Shown here piece after piece: positions 22,085-31,326 of a stretch of 64,000 bases of DNA. The translations under genes and the position numbers were made by a program. The notes under the pieces are model-generated. The model worked only from the letters and a program-made list of their open reading frames with translations. It was not told where the DNA came from and made no database searches. Origin of the DNA: Pirellulales bacterium (lineage in GTDB: Bacteria > Planctomycetota > Planctomycetia > Pirellulales > PALSA-1355); NCBI GenBank assembly GCA_022844125.1, contig JALHMI010000017.1, positions 93,687-157,686 of the forward strand, given 5' to 3'. Each line of letters starts with the position of its first letter. Within the stretch, counting starts at the first letter, position 1.

Positions 22085-22150
22085 CTTTTTGGGAATCGCT
22101 TGATATTCCAACAGACTATGCGGAGAGCGCCAGTTGCCACCGGAGAGACT

Positions 22151-22183
22151 GCACAGGTGACTGCTGCGCAGCACCTGTGGCAC
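22151..22183. repeat. REP-like hairpin (GCACAGGTG ... CACCTGTGGCAC)
   Basis: Same 8-bp outer stem and flanks as 10891-10927, with a different inner stem. Confidence 0.55.
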
Positions 22184-22254
22184 TCGAACAGAGACACCCA
22201 GAACTGTGGCCCCCCGAACAACTACGTTGAACGCAAACGGAGCAATTTCTCCCC

Positions 22255-23243
22255 ATGAGAACGGCGCAAGGCACCACGATCATCTCCAATGGGCAACTTG
22301 TCGACGGGACCGGCGCGGCCCCTCTCGCCGATGCAACCGTTGTGATTCGCGATGGGCGAATCGCTTATGCCGGCAGCGCTGCGGGCGCACCGCAGAGCGA
22401 AAGGGACGCCGCGCGGATCGACGCGCGTGGCGGCACGATCATGCCAGGGCTGGTCGAGGCGCACTATCATCCAACGTATTTCAACGTGGCGAATCTCGAG
22501 GATCTCGACATCAAGTATCCGGTCGAATACGTGACGCTGCTGGCGGCGGTCAACGCGCGGTTGGCGCTGGACTGCGGATATACGGCCGCTCGCAGCGGCG
22601 GCAGCCTGTTCAACATCGACGTCTGGCTGAAGCGCGCGATCGAAGAGGACCTGTTGCCGGGACCGCGGCTGGCGGCCAGCGGTCGCGAGATCTGCGGCAT
22701 TGGCGGGCTGATGGATTGGAATCCCGACTTTCGCAAGATCGGCATGGAAGGACTGGTGTTGCTGATCAACGGGCCGGATGAAGGTCGCCGCGCCGTGCGG
22801 AAGCTGGTGAAGGATGGCATTGAGTGGGTGAAGACCTATCCCACGGGCGACGCCGCGGCGCCGGATACCAACGATCATCACACGCTGTGCATGACGTTCG
22901 AGGAGATGTACGCCGTGGTGGCCGAGGCGCACAACCACAAGTTGAAAGTTACCGGCCACTGCCGAGCGAATGAGGGGATCAAGAACGCGCTGCGGGCCGG
23001 TTACGACACGCTCGAGCACGGCACGTTCATGGACGCCGAGGCGCTCGACATGCTGCTTGCGCGGAATGTGCCCGTCGTGCCGGCGCTGCAATTCGAGTAT
23101 GCCAGTATCGTGCATGGACCCGAGTTCGGGATGTCGCAGCGGGTCGTGGACGGACACCAGGAGACGCTCGACGCGGGCGCCGAGAGCGCGCGGATGATTC
23201 TGCGCTCAGGCGGCCGGCTGGGGATGGGAGGCGACTATGGCTT
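22255..23243 (+). pseudogene. Amidohydrolase (metal-dependent hydrolase) gene, 5' part, interrupted by the integrative element
   Basis: Amidohydrolase-type N-terminus (DGTGAAPLADATVVIRDGRIAY, GLVEAHYH metal-binding HxH). Homology ends at ...GMGGDYG (23241). The listed ORF then runs on antisense to the integrase gene. Confidence 0.8.
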
Positions 23244-23262
23244 ACCGAAGGAGCGTAACCGC
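23221..23262. other. attL (host arm ...GGCGACTATGGCTT | element arm ACCGAAGGAGCGTAACCGCCC)
   Basis: Breakpoint of amidohydrolase homology. Core GGCTT at 23239-23243. Confidence 0.75.
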
Positions 23263-25244
23263 CCGTCTTCGTCTTCTAGCCGGAAAGCCTCTCCCGATAC
23301 CGGGTTAAACGTGGCGGAAACGAGCGTAGAGCGTGCGTTGCCCGGTCCTACGGATTCGGAGCCGGTAGCGATAAACTCACACTCTACGCGGCTTAGGAGC
23401 CCCCTAAGAGCCTCTGCCCGCTGCCTTAGAGCCCGCGTTCCCGAATCGCTCGACATCGCAAGCTTTGCGTTCGCTATCGCCTGTTGAAGGTCGTGCATTT
23501 CGGCCCAGCTCGACCGGACCACTTCGGCTAGGTCCGTCCGGTTCATCCGGAGCCCGGCTAGTCGGCTCTCAAGCTCAGTGAGATGAGCCTTGGCGGTTTC
23601 CTTTGCGGCCGCAGTCGGAAGATCGGCCCAACCGAGCACGAGCCTTTGATACTCCGCTTCAATCTCTTTGATTGCCGTCTCTACGCTGGTCGGATCGAAG
23701 TTCAATCGGTAGCAATCGGCACAGCGGTCAATGAAGTCATCTTGGTCGATCTTGTCAGCGTCCAAGTCTTTCAATATCTGGGTGTACTCGTCAGCGTGGT
23801 TCGCTGCGAGGTAGCCCGTCAATCGGGCGATACCATCACGGAACGATTGCCAGCGTTCAGCTTCACTGCGGTCGAGTTGATCCGTCAAGTTCGGATCGTG
23901 ATCCCGTTCGATCAGCTCTAACCGCTTTCCGGATTCAACGAGATAGCGGTTGATAAGCTCCTCTAGAACGGACTGCTTGACTCCGTTCCGCAGGCAGGGG
24001 CTCTCGGCCAATCGTCCACGAACACGATGCTTGTCCCAAGACCCGCAGTAATACTCTTCACGGTCAGTCCTGGCGATCATCGGAGCCCCGCAGCCAGCAC
24101 AGACCACGAGCCCGGAGAGGTACATCTTGCCGGACTTCGGCACCGCCTTTGACTCACGTGGGCGAAGCTTCCGCTGTACCGCTTCCCACGTCTTCCGATC
24201 CACGAGCGGAGAGAACAAGCGACGGCTGCGAATAATGTCTTCTGATGAATTGGCTGTCTCTCGCCCAGCTAGGTCCGAATCAACCGTGCCAATAGCTCCG
24301 TCCTTGTACGAATGGAACCGGCCTGACCGACGCTTGCTAAAAGTCGCATAGCCCAGATACGTTTCGTCCTCCAGCATCTTGCTGATATCGCGAGCTTGGA
24401 AGAGCTTCCCGAAGCTGTTGCGGATACCAAGATCATTCAGCCACTTCGCCAAGGCAAAGTACGAAACCGATTCAGTGGCGAAACGCTTGAAGACGTTCTT
24501 AGCCGCAGCGAGCTTAGCCTTGTCTCGGGTCGGGACGATCCGCATCACGTGCGTGTCTGGGGAAGTAGCGTAGATGACTTTGCCGTCGAATCGCTCACTA
24601 CGTCCGTCCGGATAAACCTTCAAGCGTCGGATAGAGTACGTAGGCCGCTCACGACCACGCCGAATCTCAGAGCCAACAACGTCTCGGCCCTCGAATACTA
24701 CCCGCCACAGCTCTTGGTCAGTCGCTCTATCGAAGCAGCCCACGTCGAAACCAAGCTTCGGAGGACCACCCATCCACTCGCCAGCCTTGGCCCGCTCGAT
24801 CATGCCGCTAAGAACGCGGTAGCTTTTCTCACGCTGTTCCTTCGTTGAGGTTTTACCAGCGAGCCAAGCAGTAATCTCGGTTGCGTCGTCTTCGCCCGTC
24901 CACTCTCGCCCGCTCGCATCGAACAGACGACAACCAGCGTCCTCAAGATCGCCAAGGTAGCGGAAGAGCCGCTTTGCGTTCTTCGCTCCGAAGCGGTCTA
25001 GCCGGTCCACGACGATCCATTGAAGCTTGCCTTCACGAGCCTGCCGGAGCATCCGTTGAAACTCGGGACGAACAGCGTCCGCATCTCGCTCCCAACCCCG
25101 ATCAACGAACCAGTTCGGATCAGAGATTTTGACAGCGAAGCGAGATTCAAACCCACGGACAGAAGAGTTCTGCCGCTCCGTGTCTTGGGCGTCCGTGGAG
25201 ACACGTAAGTACGCACCCCCAGCACCGATCAGATTTGGCGACAT
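23235..25244 (-). CDS. Large serine recombinase (phage integrase)
   Basis: 669 aa. Resolvase catalytic motif AYLRVSTDAQDTERQ, a recombinase domain, a zinc ribbon CAGCG...CGSW and a coiled-coil C-terminus. The last codons and the stop lie across attL in host DNA. Confidence 0.9.
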   Translation of the reverse strand: MSPNLIGAGGAYLRVSTDAQDTERQNSSVRGFESRFAVKISDPNWFVDRGWERDADAVRPEFQRMLRQAREGKLQWIVVDRLDRFGAKNAKRLFRYLGDLEDAGCRLFDASGREWTGEDDATEITAWLAGKTSTKEQREKSYRVLSGMIERAKAGEWMGGPPKLGFDVGCFDRATDQELWRVVFEGRDVVGSEIRRGRERPTYSIRRLKVYPDGRSERFDGKVIYATSPDTHVMRIVPTRDKAKLAAAKNVFKRFATESVSYFALAKWLNDLGIRNSFGKLFQARDISKMLEDETYLGYATFSKRRSGRFHSYKDGAIGTVDSDLAGRETANSSEDIIRSRRLFSPLVDRKTWEAVQRKLRPRESKAVPKSGKMYLSGLVVCAGCGAPMIARTDREEYYCGSWDKHRVRGRLAESPCLRNGVKQSVLEELINRYLVESGKRLELIERDHDPNLTDQLDRSEAERWQSFRDGIARLTGYLAANHADEYTQILKDLDADKIDQDDFIDRCADCYRLNFDPTSVETAIKEIEAEYQRLVLGWADLPTAAAKETAKAHLTELESRLAGLRMNRTDLAEVVRSSWAEMHDLQQAIANAKLAMSSDSGTRALRQRAEALRGLLSRVECEFIATGSESVGPGNARSTLVSATFNPVSGEAFRLEDEDGRLRSFGKP

Positions 25245-25401
25245 GCTGTGACTCCTTGCGTGACTCCTCTACGGTGTTTTGAAAAGGGCGGCAGGCCGAT
25301 CCGGAGTCACTCGGAAAGATGGCCCGTTCTCGGTAGCTACTCCGAAGAACGTGCCGCCCGAACGGGATTATTACCGATCCCACATGGGTGGGAAAGGCGA
25401 T

Positions 25402-25453
25402 CCCCAAAGAAAAATAAGGGCCGGCTAGCGATGAGGGCAAAGCTAGCCGGCCC
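25402..25453 (-). terminator. Rho-independent terminator
   Basis: 12-bp perfect stem GGGCCGGCTAGC/GCTAGCCGGCCC, followed on the minus strand by TTATTTTTCTTTGG. It lies downstream of the 25708-26016 gene. Confidence 0.65.
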
Positions 25454-25707
25454 CGGCACCAAGGGGCACACTTAAAGAGGCTCCCTTAGCACTCCCCATC
25501 GCTCCTTCAATCTAGAAAAGGGCCGACAAGCTTACTGGAAAACTTGCCGACCCTAAGTTGTCCGTAATCCATTTCAGGCTTCCCGCCATGGGACAACTTG
25601 TTCGATAAAAGCTCGGGGGCCGATACGCGACTGTCACTAACGAAGAAAACCAGTCGCGCATCAAACGTGGTTCACAAGGCCCCGTTGCCCCCGAGCGTCT
25701 CGCGTCT

Positions 25708-26016
25708 TCAAACTCTCGGCCCCACGCTGCGGATTCCGGTTGGTTCCGGAGCTACTTCGGTCGCTGCGATTCCGGCCGACAGCTTCGCCATCTCAATCAA
25801 ACGGCGTGCTGACAAGTCGCCCACTACGTCGCGAACAACAACCTCGCCAGGCGTAGAGTTGGAACCATAAACCCAAACACCACCGCAAATCTTGGCGGCC
25901 CGATGTTCCTTTCCATTCCGATCCGTTACGGTAGTCTCGCTGATTGACGTGACCGTCAAAGCGTTGACCACGACGGGCTCACCGCTGACTTTGTAAAAAG
26001 TAAAAATCTTGTGCAT
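25708..26016 (-). CDS. Hypothetical phage-element protein
   Basis: ORF 25708..26136. ATG at 26016 (MHKIFTFYKV) is preferred. No recognisable motif. Confidence 0.4.
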   Translation of the reverse strand: MHKIFTFYKVSGEPVVVNALTVTSISETTVTDRNGKEHRAAKICGGVWVYGSNSTPGEVVVRDVVGDLSARRLIEMAKLSAGIAATEVAPEPTGIRSVGPRV

Positions 26017-26129
26017 AGAGTTCTCTCCGGCTGATGAGTCCCTTAGATCGTATCGCTTGAGCTTGGCACGAGACGCGGCGGCTAGTCTCCTTTGCCGCCG
26101 CGTGTCTCGCACCGCTCGACTTCGTGACT

Positions 26130-26528
26130 TCACCATTTCATCGGAGCCATTGGCATCAGCATGTCGTCGTCTTCGTTCTCAACGATGACGTTCTGGACTT
26201 CGGTTTCGCCGTTGTCCCGAGCCCCGCAAGTACAACGCTTCTTGCCCTTGCCGTGCCGCTCGTTGACGACTTGCTTCCAGTCAATCTCCTGAGGCACCAG
26301 AAGGTCTTGCTGGTCGTTGTCGATCAAGTGCGACTGCTGTTGCGGGAGTCCTTGCCCGTTCTGGGCCAGTAGGATGGCGAGCATCGCAGCGTGTTGCGGA
26401 TTGTTGAGCATCTCGTTCAAGACCTGGAGCTGTCGGGGCGTGAACGACTTGATCTGCTCGTTGATGTAGCCGCTCGGGGTCGAGTTGGTTTCGAGCCGGT
26501 ATCCGGCTAAATGCTGTCGAAGTGACAT
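26130..26528 (-). CDS. Hypothetical phage-element protein
   Basis: 132-aa ORF in the same leftward gene string. Q-rich middle and acidic C-terminus. No family recognised. Confidence 0.4.
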   Translation of the reverse strand: MSLRQHLAGYRLETNSTPSGYINEQIKSFTPRQLQVLNEMLNNPQHAAMLAILLAQNGQGLPQQQSHLIDNDQQDLLVPQEIDWKQVVNERHGKGKKRCTCGARDNGETEVQNVIVENEDDDMLMPMAPMKW

Positions 26529-26539
26529 TTTGATTTTCC

Positions 26540-27076
26540 TTAAACTGAAGCTGAATCGAATTGCCGTTGAATCTGTTTCAGACGAGCATCCGTCTCCGCA
26601 ACAGATTGACTAATGCGTTCCTGGCGTTCTTCTTGCCACGTCTTCGGGGTGAGGCGTCGAACTACTCGCTCCAGGCTTGAGACCATCACTTGGACTTCGG
26701 CAACCTGCTTTGCGAGCCGTTCAAGCTCGTCAAGCTCGTCTGGTTGAATGGGCGGAATGTTGGCCGGAGAACCGGACGGACTGCCCATGCCTCGCAGCCA
26801 AGATTGTTGCTGCTGGATCGTGTCCCTGAGTCGCGTGTAGTCCTTGCTATAGCGGTCGCGACGTAGCGTCCAGAACTCAAGCTTGATCTTGAACCGACCA
26901 AGCTTGTCCTTCGGGGGCTCGCGAAAGTTGTAGTGGCCCATGTCGCCTTCACGAACTTGGGCACCATTCTGAAACACGATCCGCGTTCCACTGTTGCGGT
27001 TGATCTTTTCGTACTCGCAACCCTGACGCCCGGCGAACTCTTCAAACTCGTGACCAATCATTGTTGTTGCCCTCAT
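26540..27076 (-). CDS. Hypothetical phage-element protein
   Basis: 178-aa ORF whose ATG overlaps the TerL stop (ATGA at 27073-27076), suggesting translational coupling. Coiled-coil-like C-terminus. Confidence 0.5.
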   Translation of the reverse strand: MRATTMIGHEFEEFAGRQGCEYEKINRNSGTRIVFQNGAQVREGDMGHYNFREPPKDKLGRFKIKLEFWTLRRDRYSKDYTRLRDTIQQQQSWLRGMGSPSGSPANIPPIQPDELDELERLAKQVAEVQVMVSSLERVVRRLTPKTWQEERQERISQSVAETDARLKQIQRQFDSASV

Positions 27077-28665
27077 CTACCATACAGGTTCATAAAACTT
27101 CGCCACTCCGCTCGGGAGTCGTCGTTGCCACCTTGGGCGAGACGCTTCATCTCATCTTGGTAGGCTTGTCGCCGAGCATTGATGCTCGACTCTGACGCAT
27201 ACTTGGGGTCGAACATATCGCGACCAATCAGCCGCGTGTGAGTTCCGGTCAACTCCGTCGCTGCGATCAACGCCAAGGCGAAAGCGGTTCCCAAGTCACC
27301 GTGACCCGTAGCAGCATCACGCGGGCTAACGAGTCGGAAGCCATAGCTTTTCTCTTCGATCCTCATCCGGCGAAGATCACGCCGCAGGACTTCGTCGGGA
27401 AACAAGTCAACCTTCCGGTCGTTGAAGGCTTCTATGACGGCAGTAGCCATTCGCTGTAGATTGGCTCCGCTCGGAGTGATCTCAACCATCGGCAGTCGAG
27501 AGAGCGTCAGCCGTTGCGACATATGAGTCGCTTGCCACGGATCGAAATTGATCGCCTTGAATTGGTAGCCACGGTGGAGCGTAAGGACTTTCCCTTCAAC
27601 GTCCGACAAGTTGACCTTCGATCCCCGAGAGGGACGCCAGACCTTCGTATAAGCCAGTCGGATTCGGCCATGCTCGCTAGTGTCTCCTGCCTCCCATGAG
27701 TTCTTTCTCCGGACAGCGAGCACGCATAGAGCGGAAGCATCCCGAGTCACGCCTAAGTCAAGCCCGGCAACAAAGTCCCATCCCTCTGTTCTGGGCGGTA
27801 GCTGCTTTAGCTCTGGCTTAAAGGCTGCTTCGATATCTTCAGCCGTGAGAGCATCGCCGCCACCCGTAGACCAATTGTTTCCCCAGAGCCGGTCGTAAGC
27901 GACAGGGGGAAGCATCCGCCTCTGTTCTTCAAGTCGATCTTCGGTGAGCCAAGATGCCTTCGGCCCGTCGAGCCGAGAGAACAGCCAGCTTGGATCCATC
28001 CGAACTGCTTCACGCACGGCCCATTGCCAACTGTCGATGAAGCCCGCGTTGCTGATAACCGCCAATACACAGTCGCTACGCTTGGCCGCTGAACTGATAA
28101 TCGAGTGCCAAAGGCTTCCATCTCCGAGCCAATGCGTGAGCTCATCGGAAATTAAAAACGAGGGGAGTAGGCCATAACTTGAGGCTACGTCTGACGTGAA
28201 AATCGTCAGGCTAGCGTCTTCGCCGGGATGCCGCTTGCCGATGTTCACGACCTGATTCTTTTGGACTTCGAGTAGCTCGCCTAGCCAAGGATTCAACCGG
28301 CAGAGGACTTGAATAGCGTCCTTCAGCAGTCCCGCTTGATCGCGATCAGCAGCGAACGCATAACCCTTGATTGGTCGAGTAGCGAACGCAAGAGCCCACG
28401 AAGACATAACCGCAAGGTCCGTGGTCTTGCTGTGACCACGACCCCGTTCAAAGTAAGCTCGCATCACCGGCTGAGTCTTGCTCTTCTCTGGAGCACGACC
28501 GACGCACTTCAACCAGCCCGCGTCGAGGCTCGCGAAGTCTTCCCGCTGCCAGGAGTCCATGACTTCGGAAAATCGCCGCACCCGTCCGTCCACGTCGACT
28601 TGGAGCGCATCCCTGAACTCCTTCGGGTTGTTGGCGAACTTCTGGAAGGTAGTTGATGAGATCAT
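27073..28665 (-). CDS. terL: Phage terminase large subunit
   Basis: 530 aa. Walker A-like ERGRGHSKT and Walker B-like FLISDELTHW. Nuclease half with GLDLGVTRDASALCVLA and HGDLGTAFALALIA. The layout fits the Terminase_1/COG4626 type. Confidence 0.8.
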   Translation of the reverse strand: MISSTTFQKFANNPKEFRDALQVDVDGRVRRFSEVMDSWQREDFASLDAGWLKCVGRAPEKSKTQPVMRAYFERGRGHSKTTDLAVMSSWALAFATRPIKGYAFAADRDQAGLLKDAIQVLCRLNPWLGELLEVQKNQVVNIGKRHPGEDASLTIFTSDVASSYGLLPSFLISDELTHWLGDGSLWHSIISSAAKRSDCVLAVISNAGFIDSWQWAVREAVRMDPSWLFSRLDGPKASWLTEDRLEEQRRMLPPVAYDRLWGNNWSTGGGDALTAEDIEAAFKPELKQLPPRTEGWDFVAGLDLGVTRDASALCVLAVRRKNSWEAGDTSEHGRIRLAYTKVWRPSRGSKVNLSDVEGKVLTLHRGYQFKAINFDPWQATHMSQRLTLSRLPMVEITPSGANLQRMATAVIEAFNDRKVDLFPDEVLRRDLRRMRIEEKSYGFRLVSPRDAATGHGDLGTAFALALIAATELTGTHTRLIGRDMFDPKYASESSINARRQAYQDEMKRLAQGGNDDSRAEWRSFMNLYGR

Positions 28666-29057
28666 GTCGCCGCTCCTTCCAACCAGGGAGCACTACGCAT
28701 CTTCCGCTCTGTGCCGAGCATCCGAGCCAAGTTCGATAGAGTGTTGACGCCCACAATCCATCTCGACATCAACTCGGCCTTGGTCTTCGCATCAACGGTC
28801 GGATCGGCTAGTGAGACTTCAACGTTGGAAAGAGAAGCCTCAAGCCAAACGAACCGCTCAAGCATCGACGCTTTGATCTGGCTTAGATCGTCGAGCCCGC
28901 CAAGGTCGGTAGCGATGGAGTCGAAGCGTTCGCGAAGAGCACGAGCAAGCTCAGTGCGTCCGTCCAGCGAAGCAATGAAGCCCGCTTGGAACTTCGCCGG
29001 CAGCTCTTGCGGCTTGTTCTTGGCGTTCTTTCGCGTGCCTTGGCTGGTGCGAGGCAT
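28662..29057 (-). CDS. Putative terminase small subunit
   Basis: 131-aa basic N-terminus protein immediately upstream of terL, overlapping it by ATGA. The call rests mainly on position and size. Confidence 0.45.
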   Translation of the reverse strand: MPRTSQGTRKNAKNKPQELPAKFQAGFIASLDGRTELARALRERFDSIATDLGGLDDLSQIKASMLERFVWLEASLSNVEVSLADPTVDAKTKAELMSRWIVGVNTLSNLARMLGTERKMRSAPWLEGAAT

Positions 29058-29116
29058 TGTCCGTACCTATAGCTCGGATGACTAGCATTAATCCTCCCTA
29101 TAGTGTACGTACGTTC

Positions 29117-29177
29117 ACGTTGTAAAGTAAAGGTATCTAGCGGGTATTTTTAAGGCCCACCGGGGCAGTGCTTTACG
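29117..29177. promoter_or_regulatory. Regulatory repeat block L (GTAAAG ... TAGCGGG ... CGGGGCAG ... CTTTACG) upstream of the terminase operon
   Basis: The same ordered motifs recur at 30078-30153, upstream of the resolvase operon. Confidence 0.5.
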
Positions 29178-29184
29178 TGTCGTC

Positions 29185-29775
29185 CTACGCTTTAAGAACG
29201 GAGTAGATCGTCGGTCGAGAGAGGCCTACGGCAGCAGCGATAGCCGTGATCTGCTCTCCGTCCTTACGCATCGCCTTGATGGCCTTGAGTTGCGTATCGG
29301 TTACACGCTTCCGAACACCAGGCAGCGACCCGCCCCATCGTTTGCCTTGTGCTTTTGCTTTCGCTTGTCCCGCTGCTACTCGCTCGCCTCGCACTTCCGT
29401 CTCGTATTGAGCGACAGACGCCAAGACGTTCGCCATCAGTCGCCCTGCGGGTGTGCTAAGGTCGAGCCCGTCCTTGAGCGAGACTAGGTTCACCTTCCGC
29501 TCTCTCAACTCATCGAACAGAGCGGTGAGCCCCTTAGCCGTGCGGCCTAGTCGATCTATTCGCCACACAACCACAGCCGAGACTCGGCCTTGTCGTATCG
29601 CTGCTTCTAGCTTGCTCCAGGCGGGTCGATCCATGCTCTTGCCGCTCGCCTTATCGCGGTAGTACACGACGGGAAGGTCTTGAGCATCGGCCCATCGCTC
29701 CAGATCAGGCTCCTGTGACTTCGTCTCCTGTACCGCAGTCGAGACTCGTAAATAGATCGCAACGTATTTGCCCAT
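29185..29775 (-). CDS. Small serine recombinase (resolvase/invertase type) with C-terminal HTH
   Basis: 196 aa. VAIYLRVSTAVQETKSQ catalytic motif, VVVWRIDRLGRT, and a C-terminal HTH ITAIAAAVGLSRPTIYSVL. Confidence 0.85.
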   Translation of the reverse strand: MGKYVAIYLRVSTAVQETKSQEPDLERWADAQDLPVVYYRDKASGKSMDRPAWSKLEAAIRQGRVSAVVVWRIDRLGRTAKGLTALFDELRERKVNLVSLKDGLDLSTPAGRLMANVLASVAQYETEVRGERVAAGQAKAKAQGKRWGGSLPGVRKRVTDTQLKAIKAMRKDGEQITAIAAAVGLSRPTIYSVLKA

Positions 29776-29777
29776 GA

Positions 29778-29981
29778 CTAGTTCCTCTCAGCAGCACGTT
29801 TAGCTTTTGCAATCTTCACCGAGCGATCCAACACGTGGTTGGCGTAGTCCTCCCAGTGGACCCCAAGGGAATAGGCAGCCTGCGGACTCTCGCCCCTAGG
29901 CAACACGTGTTGGGCTTCTTCCAAGCTAGTGGGAAGGTCCAAGTCCTCGGCCACGTTGGACCACCATTGCTCAAACGTCAT
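29778..29981 (-). CDS. Hypothetical small protein
   Basis: 67-aa ORF ending 2 nt upstream of the resolvase start, probably in the same operon. Confidence 0.4.
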   Translation of the reverse strand: MTFEQWWSNVAEDLDLPTSLEEAQHVLPRGESPQAAYSLGVHWEDYANHVLDRSVKIAKAKRAAERN

Positions 29982-30048
29982 CGCAGTTCTCCGGTTAGCG
30001 TAGTGAACATATGGCCACTACCTAGAGTCTAGCGTTTACCACACGTGT

Positions 30049-30153
30049 CGTAAAGGACGATCTACTAACGAGCCTTTACGAACGTAAAGTAGCGGGATCG
30101 GCACTATTCGCCGGGTTCTAGCGGGGCAGCCGGAGGGAGAGTGAAACTTTACG
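30049..30153. promoter_or_regulatory. Regulatory repeat block R, including the perfect palindrome CTTTACGAACGTAAAG (30074-30089)
   Basis: CGTAAAG at 30049, the palindrome at 30074-30089, TAGCGGG, CGGGGCAG, and CTTTACG at 30147. Confidence 0.5.
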
Positions 30154-30217
30154 CCCAGAGGTTTCGAGCGGAGCGGCTCGGGTAGGGGCTGATCGGGAAG
30201 AGAGGTTAGGGAGCGGC

Positions 30218-31276
30218 CTAAGACTCAGCGAGATCACACTGCCCTAAGCGCAATACGAAGTCCGCATTGAACTGCTCAACGGATTTGATCCGATCTACAG
30301 CGACAACGAAATTGACATTTGGGACTTTTAGAAGCTTCTGTGACGTAGTTGCTCCTCCAAAGATTCCATCAAATGGATGAGAGTACCACTTAAGCCAACT
30401 GGCCAATGTGGTTCTCGAAATGGACCCCAACGTACAGAAGAACACATAGTGCTCGGACTTTTTGATAGAGTCTCTCATACCGTCATCCAGATCACGCCAC
30501 ATGTAGTACTGCATCCAGTCTTGAAATTCCTTCTTCTTGAGGGCAGGCATGAAGACAATTACAACCTGCTGATACTTCCCGCCCACGAGCTTGTATCTGA
30601 ACGCCGAGTCTGCAAAGCGAAGCTCTTGACCATCAAATCTTAGAAAGCCAAGCCGCTCAAGAATGGCTTTCCCCGCCTCAATAATCCCTTCGGACTTTCG
30701 ATACATTGGTAGCGTATAGAACGCCGATTCGGCTTCACGCTTTTGGCTATCCAACGCTCGTTGGCGAAGTAGCGGACGGAGAACGTGGTTGAGCCGAGAC
30801 TTTAGCCGTTGGCGGAACGCCTCATTGGGGCTCGTCCACCAAATTATATTCTTCATCTGGAGGTCGAAGTGGATCTTTCGGTTGCCATGCTCGTCATCGT
30901 CTCTTGGTCGCGAGTGATCGCCGCGAGCGATGTAGATCACGGGTTTCCCGCTCGCAAAGGCATATCCAGCTTCGTAGTACACGGATGGCCTAGCGTAAGT
31001 CAGATCGGCTATGCAAAGGTCAGACGCATCTAGCAACTCCATGATCTTGTCGTCTATGTCGTCGTTATGCTCCGTTCGGTTTACCCGCAAGGGCTGAATG
31101 TCCATCTCGCGAAGAAGCTTTTTAACTACTTTGTCATAGATCGCGTCCACGTCATCCCAGTCGAACGCACTAGCGATAAAGCATTTCAGTTTCACGCCGG
31201 GACTCCCACCATTGCGAAGGGTAAGCAAACCACCATAATATTGACAACTCCCGCTAAGTGCCAAGAGCTGATTTGG
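30218..31276 (-). CDS. Nucleoside 2-deoxyribosyltransferase-like / TIR-like (Rossmannoid) domain protein with an unknown C-terminal domain
   Basis: ORF 30218..31336. Possible starts are ATG 31336, 31309 and 31276, or GTG 31195 (preceded by GGGAG). N-terminal KLKCFIASAFDWDD ... DLCIADLTYARPSVYYEAGYAFASGKPVIYI matches the NDT/DUF1863-type motif layout. Confidence 0.6.
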   Translation of the reverse strand, partial: PNQLLALSGSCQYYGGLLTLRNGGSPGVKLKCFIASAFDWDDVDAIYDKVVKKLLREMDIQPLRVNRTEHNDDIDDKIMELLDASDLCIADLTYARPSVYYEAGYAFASGKPVIYIARGDHSRPRDDDEHGNRKIHFDLQMKNIIWWTSPNEAFRQRLKSRLNHVLRPLLRQRALDSQKREAESAFYTLPMYRKSEGIIEAGKAILERLGFLRFDGQELRFADSAFRYKLVGGKYQQVVIVFMPALKKKEFQDWMQYYMWRDLDDGMRDSIKKSEHYVFFCTLGSISRTTLASWLKWYSHPFDGIFGGATTSQKLLKVPNVNFVVAVDRIKSVEQFNADFVLRLGQCDLAES

Positions 31277-31326
31277 CATCCGTGGTCCTACACCGTCGTT
31301 CCAGCTCATCAGGAGAGATCGAACAA

